A DNA stretch of 64,000 nucleotides, taken from an uncultured Fidelibacterota bacterium. Lineage in GTDB: Bacteria > Fidelibacterota > Marinisomatia > Marinisomatales > UBA1611. The notes below the pieces were generated by a model that saw only the letters and a list, made by a program, of their open reading frames with translations, ran no database searches and had not been told where the DNA came from. The DNA lies in NCBI GenBank assembly GCA_902562835.1, contig CACEUX010000001.1:10568-74567 (forward strand), in the 5' to 3' direction. Positions within the stretch are counted from its first letter, which is position 1, and each line of letters begins with the position of its first letter. A program made the translations under genes and the position numbers. Of this stretch, positions 26,704 to 37,402 are shown piece by piece.

Positions 26704-28137
26704 ATGAAAAATTTATCCATTATATCATACTTATTTTTATTTTTACATAGTGCAGTATTTTTATTCTCCCAAAATCCCTTCTTAGAGATAAGACCATTTG
26801 CCCTTCCAAGCTTTGAACAGTATCCCGCATCACAGTACGTAGACCATCACCATCCATACTCTAACCAAACTGACAATTTGTTCTTGAGGTTTGATGGAAG
26901 AGAATTTAGTGATGATGTTATTTACCCAAGTTGTTTATCTGGCTCTTCATGCTACGATGGTCATGCGGGGGTTGATTATTTTATGCCGTATGGAACACCT
27001 CTTTTAGCCCCGGCTAGTGGCTATGTTTTGTGGGCATCTTTTTCTGAGGCTGCAGATCCCTGCCCTGGGGGAATTACTCCAAACGGTGAACAGGGTACGA
27101 TAATCATAGCACATGGGAATGATTATTTTACAGTTTATCTACATATGAGCCCTCCTCTGAATGTTGCTGTGGGACAGAACGTAGAAACGGGAGACACATT
27201 AGGTTTTGCCGGAAATAGTGGATGCGCTATCAACACACACTTACATTTTGAAATTAGAAAAGGAAATTGGTTTTTTGATACAGTCGAACCATACGCTGTC
27301 GACCCCTTTGGCTGGTGGCATACCAGCTTTGACCCCATCGAGAATTTCCGCGGTAACAGAAGTGAGTGGCTCTGGGTATCCAACGACCTAATAGATGATG
27401 GGGACAATGGTTTTCAAAGATTTCAGGGTCCCGACTGGAGCTATTTGAACACCGGTTTCAACAATGATTCGTGGTCCGCACCTACCGCAAACAACATGGA
27501 AGAGAGTAGGCACTATGCTATCTGGGTTCCTTTTTTGGAGGACTCTGGAGAACACAATATTGATATATATATCCCTGAAGGCATTGAGGTTTCAACAGAA
27601 GCTATTTATGAGATAAGGATAAAAAGCTCATATGGTACAAGCACAAAAACAGATATAGTTGTTGACCAAAGCCTAAACCAGGGGAGTTTCCAAACAATAT
27701 CAACCCTGAGTCTACCTGCTGGTTCACAATCTAGCATTGTACTTCGAGACGTTGTTGGCGAATCATCAGAGGGGTCACGTGTGGTTTTTGACGCGATTCG
27801 ATTTTCTCCAAACTTTACCACATCTACGCTCGAAGAGCCTAATAGCGGAGCCCAAAAAGGTAATGCGCTTGTTAAATCAGTTTTCCCCAACCCCTTTAAC
27901 TCTATAGCTATAATTAATTATGAAACCACCATTGGAGGAAACATCATAATTAACATAGTAGATGCCCTTGGACGCAGAGTTTACAATGAACAAATATTTT
28001 ATAGCAAACCTGGAAAACATTCCTTTATTTGGAACGGTAAAACTGAATTTGGTAAAGAACTACCATCTGGGGTTTATTTAATTTCTTTTAGATCGAATGA
28101 GGCATTCTCAGCGGAAAAAGTATTATACCTAAAATAG
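26704..28137 (+). CDS. M23 family metallopeptidase with C-terminal T9SS-type-A/FlgD-Ig-like domain
   Basis: HAGVD, YLHM, HLHFE zinc motifs; FPNPFN...WNG...LPSGVYLI...KVLYLK. Confidence 0.8.
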   Translation: MKNLSIISYLFLFLHSAVFLFSQNPFLEIRPFALPSFEQYPASQYVDHHHPYSNQTDNLFLRFDGREFSDDVIYPSCLSGSSCYDGHAGVDYFMPYGTPLLAPASGYVLWASFSEAADPCPGGITPNGEQGTIIIAHGNDYFTVYLHMSPPLNVAVGQNVETGDTLGFAGNSGCAINTHLHFEIRKGNWFFDTVEPYAVDPFGWWHTSFDPIENFRGNRSEWLWVSNDLIDDGDNGFQRFQGPDWSYLNTGFNNDSWSAPTANNMEESRHYAIWVPFLEDSGEHNIDIYIPEGIEVSTEAIYEIRIKSSYGTSTKTDIVVDQSLNQGSFQTISTLSLPAGSQSSIVLRDVVGESSEGSRVVFDAIRFSPNFTTSTLEEPNSGAQKGNALVKSVFPNPFNSIAIINYETTIGGNIIINIVDALGRRVYNEQIFYSKPGKHSFIWNGKTEFGKELPSGVYLISFRSNEAFSAEKVLYLK

Positions 28138-28152
28138 GTTAAATTTGTTCAA

Positions 28153-30516
28153 ATGAAGACTGCTGTTTTGTTAGCTCCCTCACTGTTTATTTTAGCTTGT
28201 AGCCTGGGCTACATTTCTAATGTATCTGAAAACAATAACCTAAATACGCATATGAAAGACATTAATATAGTTCCAAAGCCCACATCCATTAAGGCCAAAG
28301 GTGACTATATAGACATTAATAAAGTGGAAATAATCATTGTTGAGAATAATTCGATCGAAGAAATAAATATTGCTGAATTGTTTCAATCCTTCTTAAACCC
28401 TATTAAAGGCTTAGGGATTTCTTCCATAAATAAAAGCAAGAAAAGAATACTGGTTTCTTTAAATACTCGTTACAATATACCAGAAGAAGGTTACACTCTG
28501 TCAATCAATGGCGATCAAAAAGTTGATTTAAAAGCATCTTCTGTCTCTGGTCTGTTTTATGGTTTTCAATCTTTTCGACAGCTTTGTGATCCAGAATTAG
28601 AAACAGGGTCAAGACCTACAAGCACAAAGGTTCCAATGTGCATAATTGAAGACTCCCCAAATTTCGGATATCGAGGCATGCACCTTGATGTATCAAGGCA
28701 CTTTTTTGATGTACAGTTTGTAAAAACGTATATAGACATGATAGCCCTTCATAAAATGAATGTATTCCATTGGCACTTGACAGATGATAACGGTTGGCGA
28801 ATCGAAATAGATAAATACCCACTGTTAACCGAAAAATCAGCTTGGCGGGTTGATAGAAGACATGAACCATGGAAAAAACAGTCCCCTCCTTTAGAAAATG
28901 AGATCGCCACATATGGTGGGTATTATACCAAGGATCAAATACGCGAGGTTGTTGAGTATGCATCCAAAAGAAATATTGCAGTTATTCCAGAGATTGAAAT
29001 GCCAGGGCATACCTCTGAGGTGTTTTCCGCATATCCAGAGCTTTCATGCAAAGGAGACTATATCCCTGTAAAGCCCGGTTCATACTGGCCCAACACTGAT
29101 ATTTTTTGCGCTGGAAACGACAAGGTCTTTACATTTCTTGAAAATGTATTAGAAGAAGTAATTGACCTTTTTCCTGGGCGATATATTCATATTGGCGGTG
29201 ATGAGGCAGATAAAATTAATTGGGAAAAGTGTCCCAAATGTCAAGATCGAATAGCGTCTGAAGGCCTAAAGAACGAAAACGAACTACAAAGTTGGTTCAT
29301 CAAGAGAATTGAAAAATTTATTCTATCAAAAGATAGAAAGCTTGTTGGCTGGGATGAAATTCTCGAGGGGGGCCTTGCAAAAACCGCCACCGTTATGAGC
29401 TGGAGAGGAATGGATGGCGGAATAGAGTCTGCTAAAAAAGGACATGATGTTATAATGTGCCCAACTTCACATTGCTACTTTGACTATTATCAGGCTAACC
29501 CTGAAACATCTCCGGAAGCTTTCGGCGGATACACCACACTCAAAAAAGTTTACTCCTTTAATCCTGTTCCACCAGAACTTTCAAACGAAGAGGCTAAATT
29601 TATCTTAGGTGGCCAAGGCAATCTCTGGACCGAGTATGTTCAGACTCCAGACAGGGCCCAATATCAAGTTCTCCCGAGATTGTCAGCACTTTCAGAGGTG
29701 CTTTGGTCAGGACCGGGTTCTAATTCTTATGAAGATTTTTATTCTAGATTGAAAAAGCTGCTATTGAGGTTTGATATGATGGGGTGGGTATACGCTCCTG
29801 GGTCGTTTTTCGTAAACATTCTTTCCGAACAGACAGAAGATAGCGGTTCCTATGCTATAAAACTGATTTCTGAAAAACCCGGAGAAGAAATAAGGTATAC
29901 AACTGATGGGTCACCCCCGGCTAGCAATTCAGCTTTATATAAAAATCCAATTTTGTTAAACCAGAAAACAACAATAAAGGCTGCTTTGTTTATTGATCAA
30001 TCGATAGCCGGAAAAGTTTCTGAAAAAACAATATTCTTTAGCAAAGCAATCGGCAAAAAAATTAAATATCTTACATCCCATAGCAATAGATATACTGGAA
30101 CCGGGATGCGAACACTTGTAAACGGTTTAACTGGAACCATTGCCCACAATGATGGATATTGGCAGGGTTGGCTTGAACAAGATTTAGAAGTGGTTATAGA
30201 CCTTGAAGAAAGAGAAAGAATCATGGGTATTTCAATTGGTTTTTTAGAGTCGCACGGTGTTTGGATCTTCCTTCCAGTGGGTATCGAAATTTCATTTTCT
30301 AAGGATGGGGAATCTTATAAAAACCCTTTAATGATTGAAGTAAAAGACGGTAAAAGAAATGGCTCAGCAAACCGTACTACGGTTCAAAGCCCAAAAATAA
30401 ACCTGTCTGCGCGGTATATAAAGATCAAGGCTTTAAACAGGGGAACCTGTCCTGACTGGCATCATGGAGCAGGTAAAAAGTCATGGGTTTTTGCAGATGA
30501 GATATTTATTGAATAG
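28153..30516 (+). CDS. GH20 beta-N-acetylhexosaminidase with Fn3-associated and C-terminal beta-sandwich domains
   Basis: YRGMHLDVSRHF, FHWHLTDDNGWR, PEIEMPGH, HIGGDEA, GGQGNLWTE, IRYTTDGS. Confidence 0.93.
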   Translation: MKTAVLLAPSLFILACSLGYISNVSENNNLNTHMKDINIVPKPTSIKAKGDYIDINKVEIIIVENNSIEEINIAELFQSFLNPIKGLGISSINKSKKRILVSLNTRYNIPEEGYTLSINGDQKVDLKASSVSGLFYGFQSFRQLCDPELETGSRPTSTKVPMCIIEDSPNFGYRGMHLDVSRHFFDVQFVKTYIDMIALHKMNVFHWHLTDDNGWRIEIDKYPLLTEKSAWRVDRRHEPWKKQSPPLENEIATYGGYYTKDQIREVVEYASKRNIAVIPEIEMPGHTSEVFSAYPELSCKGDYIPVKPGSYWPNTDIFCAGNDKVFTFLENVLEEVIDLFPGRYIHIGGDEADKINWEKCPKCQDRIASEGLKNENELQSWFIKRIEKFILSKDRKLVGWDEILEGGLAKTATVMSWRGMDGGIESAKKGHDVIMCPTSHCYFDYYQANPETSPEAFGGYTTLKKVYSFNPVPPELSNEEAKFILGGQGNLWTEYVQTPDRAQYQVLPRLSALSEVLWSGPGSNSYEDFYSRLKKLLLRFDMMGWVYAPGSFFVNILSEQTEDSGSYAIKLISEKPGEEIRYTTDGSPPASNSALYKNPILLNQKTTIKAALFIDQSIAGKVSEKTIFFSKAIGKKIKYLTSHSNRYTGTGMRTLVNGLTGTIAHNDGYWQGWLEQDLEVVIDLEERERIMGISIGFLESHGVWIFLPVGIEISFSKDGESYKNPLMIEVKDGKRNGSANRTTVQSPKINLSARYIKIKALNRGTCPDWHHGAGKKSWVFADEIFIE

Positions 30517-30528
30517 CACTATGTGTTC

Positions 30529-31179
30529 CTAGGTGGGTTTAATTTCATCTGACTCTATTATATGAACACCATCTTGGAGTTTATCTAAATGATATATCAT
30601 CCCCCTTGCAATGTTTTCAGCGTGAATTCCCCTGTATTTTTTTGCTACACCAATCATTAGTGGATTTAATATCGAAAAAACTACTTTCCACACTATTTCT
30701 CCAAGTCGAAATTCTTTGCGCTTACCCATAATTAGAGAAGGTCTAAATATATTTATTCTTGGAATCGAATATTCCTGAATCTGTTGCTCGACCTCCCCTT
30801 TTACTCTATTATAAAAGATGCTGGATGATGAATCAGCTCCCATCGATGTTACAATTGAAAACGACTCTGCTTTATTCGATTCGGCCCACTTAGCAAGCTT
30901 AACCGGTAATTCAAAGTCAACAAAACGAAAGGCTTCCCTAGAGCCAGCTTTTTTAATAGTTGTGCCAAGGCAGCAAAACACGTGTTTACAGTGATCAAGT
31001 TTGGGGAAAGATTCTTCGTTTTTAAAATCGAAAACAACCTCGGTCATCTTTTCTGAAGTTGGCAAGCCCTTTTTTCTCACTAGTGCTGTAACAGATGAAT
31101 AGTCATCAGAGCTAAGAAGCTGGTCAACTAGATGACCACCAACCAGGCCTGTTCCCCCAATAACTAAAGCATTCCGCAT
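30529..31179 (-). CDS. NAD(P)H-binding oxidoreductase (TIP30/YraR-like)
   Basis: GGTGLVG, FCCLGTTIKKAGS, FYNRVKGEVE, FRPSLIMG. Confidence 0.85.
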   Translation of the reverse strand: MRNALVIGGTGLVGGHLVDQLLSSDDYSSVTALVRKKGLPTSEKMTEVVFDFKNEESFPKLDHCKHVFCCLGTTIKKAGSREAFRFVDFELPVKLAKWAESNKAESFSIVTSMGADSSSSIFYNRVKGEVEQQIQEYSIPRINIFRPSLIMGKRKEFRLGEIVWKVVFSILNPLMIGVAKKYRGIHAENIARGMIYHLDKLQDGVHIIESDEIKPT

Positions 31180-31282
31180 TAATTTGGAAACCACAAAGGG
31201 TAAGCCCTAAATATTAAAGAGGTCTGGTTTTTGTTAATCATCATAATGGTGCTTAGATTTTAATAAATAAATTGAGCACATA

Positions 31283-31822
31283 ATGAATAGAATTTTCTTT
31301 TTATTATTTTTAATAATAGTTGGGTGTTCATCAAAGACACCTGTGGATATGGAAGACGTATTATATGACCGATCCGGTCAGTACATTACCGATGACAATT
31401 ACGACCCTTCCTTTCTTGGATTCATCTATAACCAAAAAGTATATAATGGCCCAGGTTTTCTTCGCTACAGAACAGGAGAAAAAAGAGAACAGGGAACACT
31501 AAAAAATGGGTTTAAGTCTGGCGCTTGGACGGGTTATGATAAAGAAGGAAATAAAAAATTCATTGGTGATTATAAACAGGGCAAGGCGCATGGGAAGTGG
31601 ACCGGGTATCACGCGAATGGAGAAAAAAAATATGAAGGCATGTATGAACTTGGCTTTCAAACGGGAAAGTGGTCTTATTACAACTCTGCTGGAAATAAAA
31701 ATTTAGAAGAAGCTTATTTTGTTTGTACTGATGAGTGTAAAGATGAGCACCCCCCAGATCGCAGAGGCACTAAATATATCTGTGAAAAACTTGGAAGACT
31801 AAAAGAGAGTAAAAAGATTTAA
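31283..31822 (+). CDS. Small MORN-variant repeat lipoprotein
   Basis: Lipobox IVGC; GAWTGY, GKWTGY and GKWSYY repeats. Confidence 0.7.
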   Translation: MNRIFFLLFLIIVGCSSKTPVDMEDVLYDRSGQYITDDNYDPSFLGFIYNQKVYNGPGFLRYRTGEKREQGTLKNGFKSGAWTGYDKEGNKKFIGDYKQGKAHGKWTGYHANGEKKYEGMYELGFQTGKWSYYNSAGNKNLEEAYFVCTDECKDEHPPDRRGTKYICEKLGRLKESKKI

Positions 31823-33225
31823 TTTAGTTTTAGTACCGACAGGTAGTTTGTTGTCCCAGGAACCCCTACTGGAACACCACCAGTTATAACAAACTTTTCC
31901 CCCTCCTTCAAAAGACCATTATCTTTAAGAACTTTATTTGCGACTATAGGAATCTCGTCAGCCGATTCATATTCGTCAACCAATATAGGACTCACGCCCC
32001 ATACAATTGAAAGCTGGCGACATATTTTTTTAGAGGGAGTCATAGCTATAATTCTAGAAGCCGACCTATACCGTGCGGCCATTCGAGCAGTGCTGCCACT
32101 GTGGGTCATGGTTACCAAAACATCAATATTTTGATGAGTCGCAACCGAACATGCTGCTTGGCTTATTGCCATTGCAGTGTTGGTTGTTTTGTTTGTTGGC
32201 ATCTCAATATTTCTCTGATAATTGATCGCAGATTCTGTTTCTTTTATTACCCCCCTTAATACCCTTATAACCTTTTTAGGATGGTTCCCGATTGCAGTTT
32301 CACCAGTAACCATCAAAGCATCTGCTCCATCAAGAATTGAATTCGCAATATCACTAACCTCAGCTCGGGTCGGTACTGGGCGATTGGTCATAGAGTCGAG
32401 TATCTGTGTTGCGATAACAACAGGCTTACCAAGCTGATGTGCTTTTTCAACAACCTCCATTTGAACTAAGGGCACCTTTGAAACAGGAAGCTCTACCCCC
32501 AAGTCCCCTCTTGCAACCATGACAGCATCGAAGGACTCTATAATGCTGTTTAAGTTTTGCACTGCTTCCCACTTTTCTATTTTTGCCATGACGGGCGTGT
32601 TGTATCCAGCTTCTTTAATTTTGGAACTTATAAGAGAATAGTCAGATGGAGACCTAACAAAAGACAATGCTATCCAGTCTGCCTCTTTTTGCAGGGAAAG
32701 CAACAGGTCTTTTTCGTCTTGGTCAGTTAAAACCGGTACATCTAGTGCTATTTCTGGGAAATTGACACCTTTTCCATTTTCTATAGCACCATCTTCTAAG
32801 GCTTCACATACCAGGGTCTGGTCTGTAATGTGCTCTAGGACCTTTAAGCTTACCCGACCATCATCAATTAATATTTGTGCTCCTGGGTTTACTTTTTGAA
32901 ATCGCACTCTACTAGATACAGGTATTGTCCCATTTTCAAATTTTTCATTGCTGAGTGCTATTTTATCCCCTTTTGTAATCAAAATTGGATATTCCAAATC
33001 TTTTACTCTTATTTTATGACCTGCAAGGTCAGCAAGAATAGTTGGCCGCAATCCAGAAGGCATTTCTAGGGACCTGATCAAATCAAAATAGCTTGCTTTA
33101 TCGCGGGCTGAACCATGTGATAGATTAATACGAAAACAGGAAACACCATGGGAAATTAGTTTTTGCAATGTTTTTTTGTTTGCGCATGCGGGGCCCACAG
33201 TTGCAATGATCTTTGTTCGGTTCAT
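31819..33225 (-). CDS. pyk: Pyruvate kinase
   Basis: TKIIATVGPA, RINLSHG, ALSFVR, AKIEK, MVARGDLGVE, PTRAEVSDIAN, GTTN. Confidence 0.96.
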   Translation of the reverse strand: MNRTKIIATVGPACANKKTLQKLISHGVSCFRINLSHGSARDKASYFDLIRSLEMPSGLRPTILADLAGHKIRVKDLEYPILITKGDKIALSNEKFENGTIPVSSRVRFQKVNPGAQILIDDGRVSLKVLEHITDQTLVCEALEDGAIENGKGVNFPEIALDVPVLTDQDEKDLLLSLQKEADWIALSFVRSPSDYSLISSKIKEAGYNTPVMAKIEKWEAVQNLNSIIESFDAVMVARGDLGVELPVSKVPLVQMEVVEKAHQLGKPVVIATQILDSMTNRPVPTRAEVSDIANSILDGADALMVTGETAIGNHPKKVIRVLRGVIKETESAINYQRNIEMPTNKTTNTAMAISQAACSVATHQNIDVLVTMTHSGSTARMAARYRSASRIIAMTPSKKICRQLSIVWGVSPILVDEYESADEIPIVANKVLKDNGLLKEGEKFVITGGVPVGVPGTTNYLSVLKLN

Positions 33226-33260
33226 GCTTTTAGGCTATACCAACTGGGCTTTTGTTGAAT

Positions 33261-33632
33261 TCAATTTAATACCTGAGGAGCAACAAGCTGGAACCGCTCA
33301 ATGGGAACATCAAATTCTTTGCCTGACTCATCCAGCATTCTAAAAGAACCTTCCATAAACCCTAAAGGTGTTGGCAAGGGGCAAAAGCTGGTATATGTAA
33401 AAAGATCATTGGGCTTAAGGATTGGTGTCTTTCCTACGACCCCTGGACCATAAATATCCTCTGCCCTACCCTGCCCATCCACAATGTGCCAATAGCGACT
33501 TAGAAGCTGTATAGTTTCTACAGACCGGTTAACTATCTTAATTTGGTATGAGAAAAAGAAGTAGGATTTAATCGGGTCGGACCGCTCTGGCAAGTAATCA
33601 GGGTGAGTGAATATTTCAATGTTGTTTTTCAT
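33261..33632 (-). CDS. apaG: ApaG protein
   Basis: QLLSRYWHI, GPGVVG, YTSFCPLPTPLGFMEG. Confidence 0.92.
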   Translation of the reverse strand: MKNNIEIFTHPDYLPERSDPIKSYFFFSYQIKIVNRSVETIQLLSRYWHIVDGQGRAEDIYGPGVVGKTPILKPNDLFTYTSFCPLPTPLGFMEGSFRMLDESGKEFDVPIERFQLVAPQVLN

Positions 33633-33694
33633 ATAATAAAATTAGTTCCTTTATCTTTGTGATACGATTTATTCCATATAAATTTTAATTCCAT

Positions 33695-35488
33695 ATGAAT
33701 GAAAACAGACAATCTCTTTATCTCTTTATTTTTATAGCGTGTCTCGGATTTTTTTTAATTCAAGGCAATAAAACCGACTCATCTTTGGATATCACCCAAA
33801 ATGAAATCATGGGACATATACGCTATTTATCTCATGAGAACCGCGGTGGAAGGTATCCAGGCACACGAGGATCTAAAGATGTTATTTCATATATTATTAA
33901 ACAGTTTAAATCGTATGGGTTAAAACCGGGGTCTAATGGATCATTTATACAACCCTTTGACATCACAACCGGCATAGAACTAGGTGAGGGAAACTATGCT
34001 GTTGCCAATGGCGACACACTCATTATAAATAGGGATTATATACCCCTAGCCTTTTCGGGCAGCTCTGAAACCTCAGGCTCTTTAGTTTTTGCTGGTTATG
34101 GTTTTAAAATCAACCAAGAAGACCTCCAGTGGAATGATTACAAAGGCCTCGATGTTGATGGAAAATGGGTAGTAATAATGCGGCATAGCCCAGAGCGTCA
34201 CACCCAACATTCTGTATATGCATCCCATTCCTCGCTTCACAAGAAAATGCTTGTTGCAAGAGACGAGGGCGCTGCTGGTGTTATATTTGTATCTCAAATA
34301 GAAGATGAAAACCTATATCCACTAACATATAACCGTGGTTATAAAAACGCGGGTATTCCAGTTGTGCACTTATCCAATAAAGTTGCAGACAATTTATTTA
34401 AACCTTTCGGCTGGTCCAGGCAATCTATTCAGGAAACGATGAATCGCTCTTTGACATCAATTAATTTCAATTTGGGCAGCCTCACATTTTTTGCAAACGT
34501 TAAACTAACACACAAGACAACACGAGCGGCTAATGTTGTGGGAACAATTAAGAGCGGAAATAGAAAATATAGAGATGAGTATATTGTTGTTGGTGCTCAT
34601 TTTGACCATTTGGGAATGGGGGGCGCTGGGTCTGGGTCTAGAGATCCAGAGACACGATCCACTCACCCCGGAGCAGACGATAATGCATCTGGTGTTTCTG
34701 GTCTATTAGAGTTGGCACAAAAATTATCAGCTCAAAAAAGTAGGCTAAAACGTAGTATTGTTTTCATAGGTTTTGATGCTGAAGAAAAAGGATTGCTCGG
34801 GTCAAAACACTTTATAAAAAACTCCACAATCGATATAAATAAAATAACCACAATGATCAACATGGATATGATTGGTAGAATGGTTGATTCCTCTCTTACT
34901 GTGGGCGGTGTGGGCACTTCGCCAGTATTTAAACCACTGCTTGACAGTCTAAAGGCTGAAAGAACGTTTACCCTAGGGATGTCGAACGCTGGTTATGGAC
35001 CGAGTGACCATGCTTCTTTTTATATAGAGGATGTTCCTGTCCTATTCTTTTTCACCGGTATTCATAATGACTATCACACACCCAGGGATACGTGGAAACA
35101 GATTAACCTTAGTGGAACAAAAACACTGCTTGACCTTGTCTATGATGTTGTATTTCATCTATCAAGGGCAAAGAACCGGCCCGTTTTTTCTGAGGCTGGA
35201 CCGAAGCAACGTCAAATGAAAAGCACATCTCTTAAGGTTACTCTTGGGGTCATGCCTTCTTATGTTGGAACAGAAATCGGGTTGAAAATAGATGGTCTTT
35301 CAGACCCTGATGGACCAGCAGCAAAAGCTGGAATAAGAAAGGGGGATATTATTAAGGCGATTAATGGTAAGTCAATTAAAGATATATATGAGTACATGGA
35401 AAGGCTTGGAGAGCTTCGAGAAGGAATGACCGTGCCAGTAATGATTGATAGAGGCGATGAAGAAATAAAACTAAACGTAACTTTCTAA
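33695..35488 (+). CDS. M28 family peptidase with PA and PDZ domains
   Basis: GAHFDHLG, GADDNASG, AEEKGLLGS, NMDMIG, SDH, DYH; C-terminal PDZ (PAAKAGIRKGDII). Confidence 0.9.
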   Translation: MNENRQSLYLFIFIACLGFFLIQGNKTDSSLDITQNEIMGHIRYLSHENRGGRYPGTRGSKDVISYIIKQFKSYGLKPGSNGSFIQPFDITTGIELGEGNYAVANGDTLIINRDYIPLAFSGSSETSGSLVFAGYGFKINQEDLQWNDYKGLDVDGKWVVIMRHSPERHTQHSVYASHSSLHKKMLVARDEGAAGVIFVSQIEDENLYPLTYNRGYKNAGIPVVHLSNKVADNLFKPFGWSRQSIQETMNRSLTSINFNLGSLTFFANVKLTHKTTRAANVVGTIKSGNRKYRDEYIVVGAHFDHLGMGGAGSGSRDPETRSTHPGADDNASGVSGLLELAQKLSAQKSRLKRSIVFIGFDAEEKGLLGSKHFIKNSTIDINKITTMINMDMIGRMVDSSLTVGGVGTSPVFKPLLDSLKAERTFTLGMSNAGYGPSDHASFYIEDVPVLFFFTGIHNDYHTPRDTWKQINLSGTKTLLDLVYDVVFHLSRAKNRPVFSEAGPKQRQMKSTSLKVTLGVMPSYVGTEIGLKIDGLSDPDGPAAKAGIRKGDIIKAINGKSIKDIYEYMERLGELREGMTVPVMIDRGDEEIKLNVTF

Positions 35489-35494
35489 AATATA

Positions 35495-36289
35495 TTATTC
35501 AGCGCTAACTCTTTCTCGAATTTTTTCTGTTAATTCTAAAACAGCCATTACATAATTGTCCGCATGGTTGTATGCATAGACCGCCTTATAAATGTCACCT
35601 TTTTTACCATAGTCCGCACTATTCGCCTTATAACCATTCATCCTTAGATAGTTTGCTATGCTTCCCAAAACATCAGGCCAGCTGTATGGCTCTCGGACAC
35701 CGTTTTCATTAAAATCTACAGAGTAATATGTGAAGCTTGATGGTATGAACTGACCAAATCCAAAGGCTCCTGCATAAGACCCACCTATTTCTTGAGTATC
35801 CAGGTTGTCATTATAGCAGTACTTTAAAAACTCTGCTAGTTCTTTAGTTGCCCACTTAGACCTTCTTGGCATTTCATGAATCTGGGAATACAGCGCATTA
35901 AACACAGAGTATTGAGAGTGATGAACACCATAGTTACTTTCAACGCCGGCTATTGTAACGATTATAAATGGGTCAACCAGATACTTTTTTGAAACGGACT
36001 GAATAAGGGTCTTGTTATCTTTGTAAAACTTCGCACCGGCCTTTATCCTTGATTCTTTTACAAAGATTTTTCTGTAATCTGACCATGATTTTTTCTCATA
36101 TGGTTTAGCAAACCGCTCTGCAATTACTTTGTGTATTTCTACTTTATTGTGGGAGAATGCGTCTCTAACAAACTCTTCTGGGATTTCTCCGTTGAGTTTC
36201 TCAAGGACTAGGCGGTATGCTAGATCATCATCTGGCGACTTCGAAAAGGAAACTGCAATGATTAATAATAAATACTTTATGTTTTTCAA
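35495..36289 (-). CDS. Lytic murein transglycosylase (MltB/SLT_2 family)
   Basis: IAGVESNYG, GSYAGAFGFGQFIPSS, SIANYL, YAYNH. Confidence 0.88.
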   Translation of the reverse strand: MKNIKYLLLIIAVSFSKSPDDDLAYRLVLEKLNGEIPEEFVRDAFSHNKVEIHKVIAERFAKPYEKKSWSDYRKIFVKESRIKAGAKFYKDNKTLIQSVSKKYLVDPFIIVTIAGVESNYGVHHSQYSVFNALYSQIHEMPRRSKWATKELAEFLKYCYNDNLDTQEIGGSYAGAFGFGQFIPSSFTYYSVDFNENGVREPYSWPDVLGSIANYLRMNGYKANSADYGKKGDIYKAVYAYNHADNYVMAVLELTEKIRERVSAE

Positions 36290-37362
36290 TTATACTTCCA
36301 CTCTGCAACAAATAGGTTAGTGTCTCCTGCTTTCCTTTGGTTTCGGTTTGAAGCAAAGACCAAGAATTTGCCATCCGGGCTAAACATTGGGAACCCATCG
36401 AAACCGTCAAAGTAGGTGATTCGTTCTAGGTTTGAACCATCTACGCTTACAGCATAAAGGTCAAAATCCCTGCCCTTAGGGTCATGCAAATTTGAGGAAA
36501 AAATAATTCTATTACCATCAGGAAAAAAGTATGGTCCAAAGTTTGCAGCATCATTATCTGTTACTTGTTTCTTGTCTGACCCGTCTGCATTCATGGTCCA
36601 TATTTGAAGAGCCATTGGGCGAATTGAGTTTTGTGATAATAAGAATTTGTAGTCCTTGATCTCTTTTTCTGTTTTTGGGTGGTAAACACGCCAGACAATT
36701 CTTGTCGCATCCATATTAAAAAAAGCTCCCCCGTCATAACCTAGGCGATTGGTGAGTTGTTTCTTATTTGTTCCTTCTAGGTCCATACTCCAAACCTCTA
36801 GGTCTCCACTAATTATTGATGTGTAAAGAATCCTACTTCCATTAAAAGCAACTGTTGCTTCAGCATCATAGCCTTCGGTTTTTGTCAGTCTTTTAAGATT
36901 GCCACCGCTTACATCGGCTGAAAAAATGTCATAGCCCGGATATAGCTTCCACACATAGCCCATACTATAATCAGGCTTTTCAGGGCAGTCCCTATCAGCA
37001 AGGTGTGTCGAGGCGTAAATAATTTTATCGCAGTCTGGGTATTGAAAATAACTACAAGTAGTGACCCCAAACCCAGTTGAGACCATTTCTGATTTACCAG
37101 AGGCTAGATCCATAATGTATATTTGATCACAAAGTGAGTCTCCATCATGGGCTTGAAAGATTAGCTGCTCACCGGTTGCGGAAAAATAAGCTTCCGCATT
37201 CTCACCCGTGAAGGTTAATTGTCTGATATTCAGTAAGCGATTCTCATTTTTTACATGAAGAGAGTTATGGGTGTTTGGTTCTGGTTTGTTTGGTCGAAAA
37301 AACAGAACACTCACAAACAAAGCTATCAAAAGAAAGAATTGTGTTTTGGACAAGGCTTCCAC
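36286..37362 (-). CDS. PD40/TolB-like beta-propeller protein
   Basis: GENAEAYFS, GYDAEAT, GYDGGAFF, FDGFPMFSPDG repeats. Confidence 0.85.
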   Translation of the reverse strand: MEALSKTQFFLLIALFVSVLFFRPNKPEPNTHNSLHVKNENRLLNIRQLTFTGENAEAYFSATGEQLIFQAHDGDSLCDQIYIMDLASGKSEMVSTGFGVTTCSYFQYPDCDKIIYASTHLADRDCPEKPDYSMGYVWKLYPGYDIFSADVSGGNLKRLTKTEGYDAEATVAFNGSRILYTSIISGDLEVWSMDLEGTNKKQLTNRLGYDGGAFFNMDATRIVWRVYHPKTEKEIKDYKFLLSQNSIRPMALQIWTMNADGSDKKQVTDNDAANFGPYFFPDGNRIIFSSNLHDPKGRDFDLYAVSVDGSNLERITYFDGFDGFPMFSPDGKFLVFASNRNQRKAGDTNLFVAEWKYN

Positions 37363-37402
37363 TTAATTAAAGAAATGGGTTAGTAAAAACAATTACTAAA
37401 GT

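Noticed and set aside
4776-33225. Co-occurrence of ppdK and pyk
   Set aside because: Common in bacteria and not linked here.
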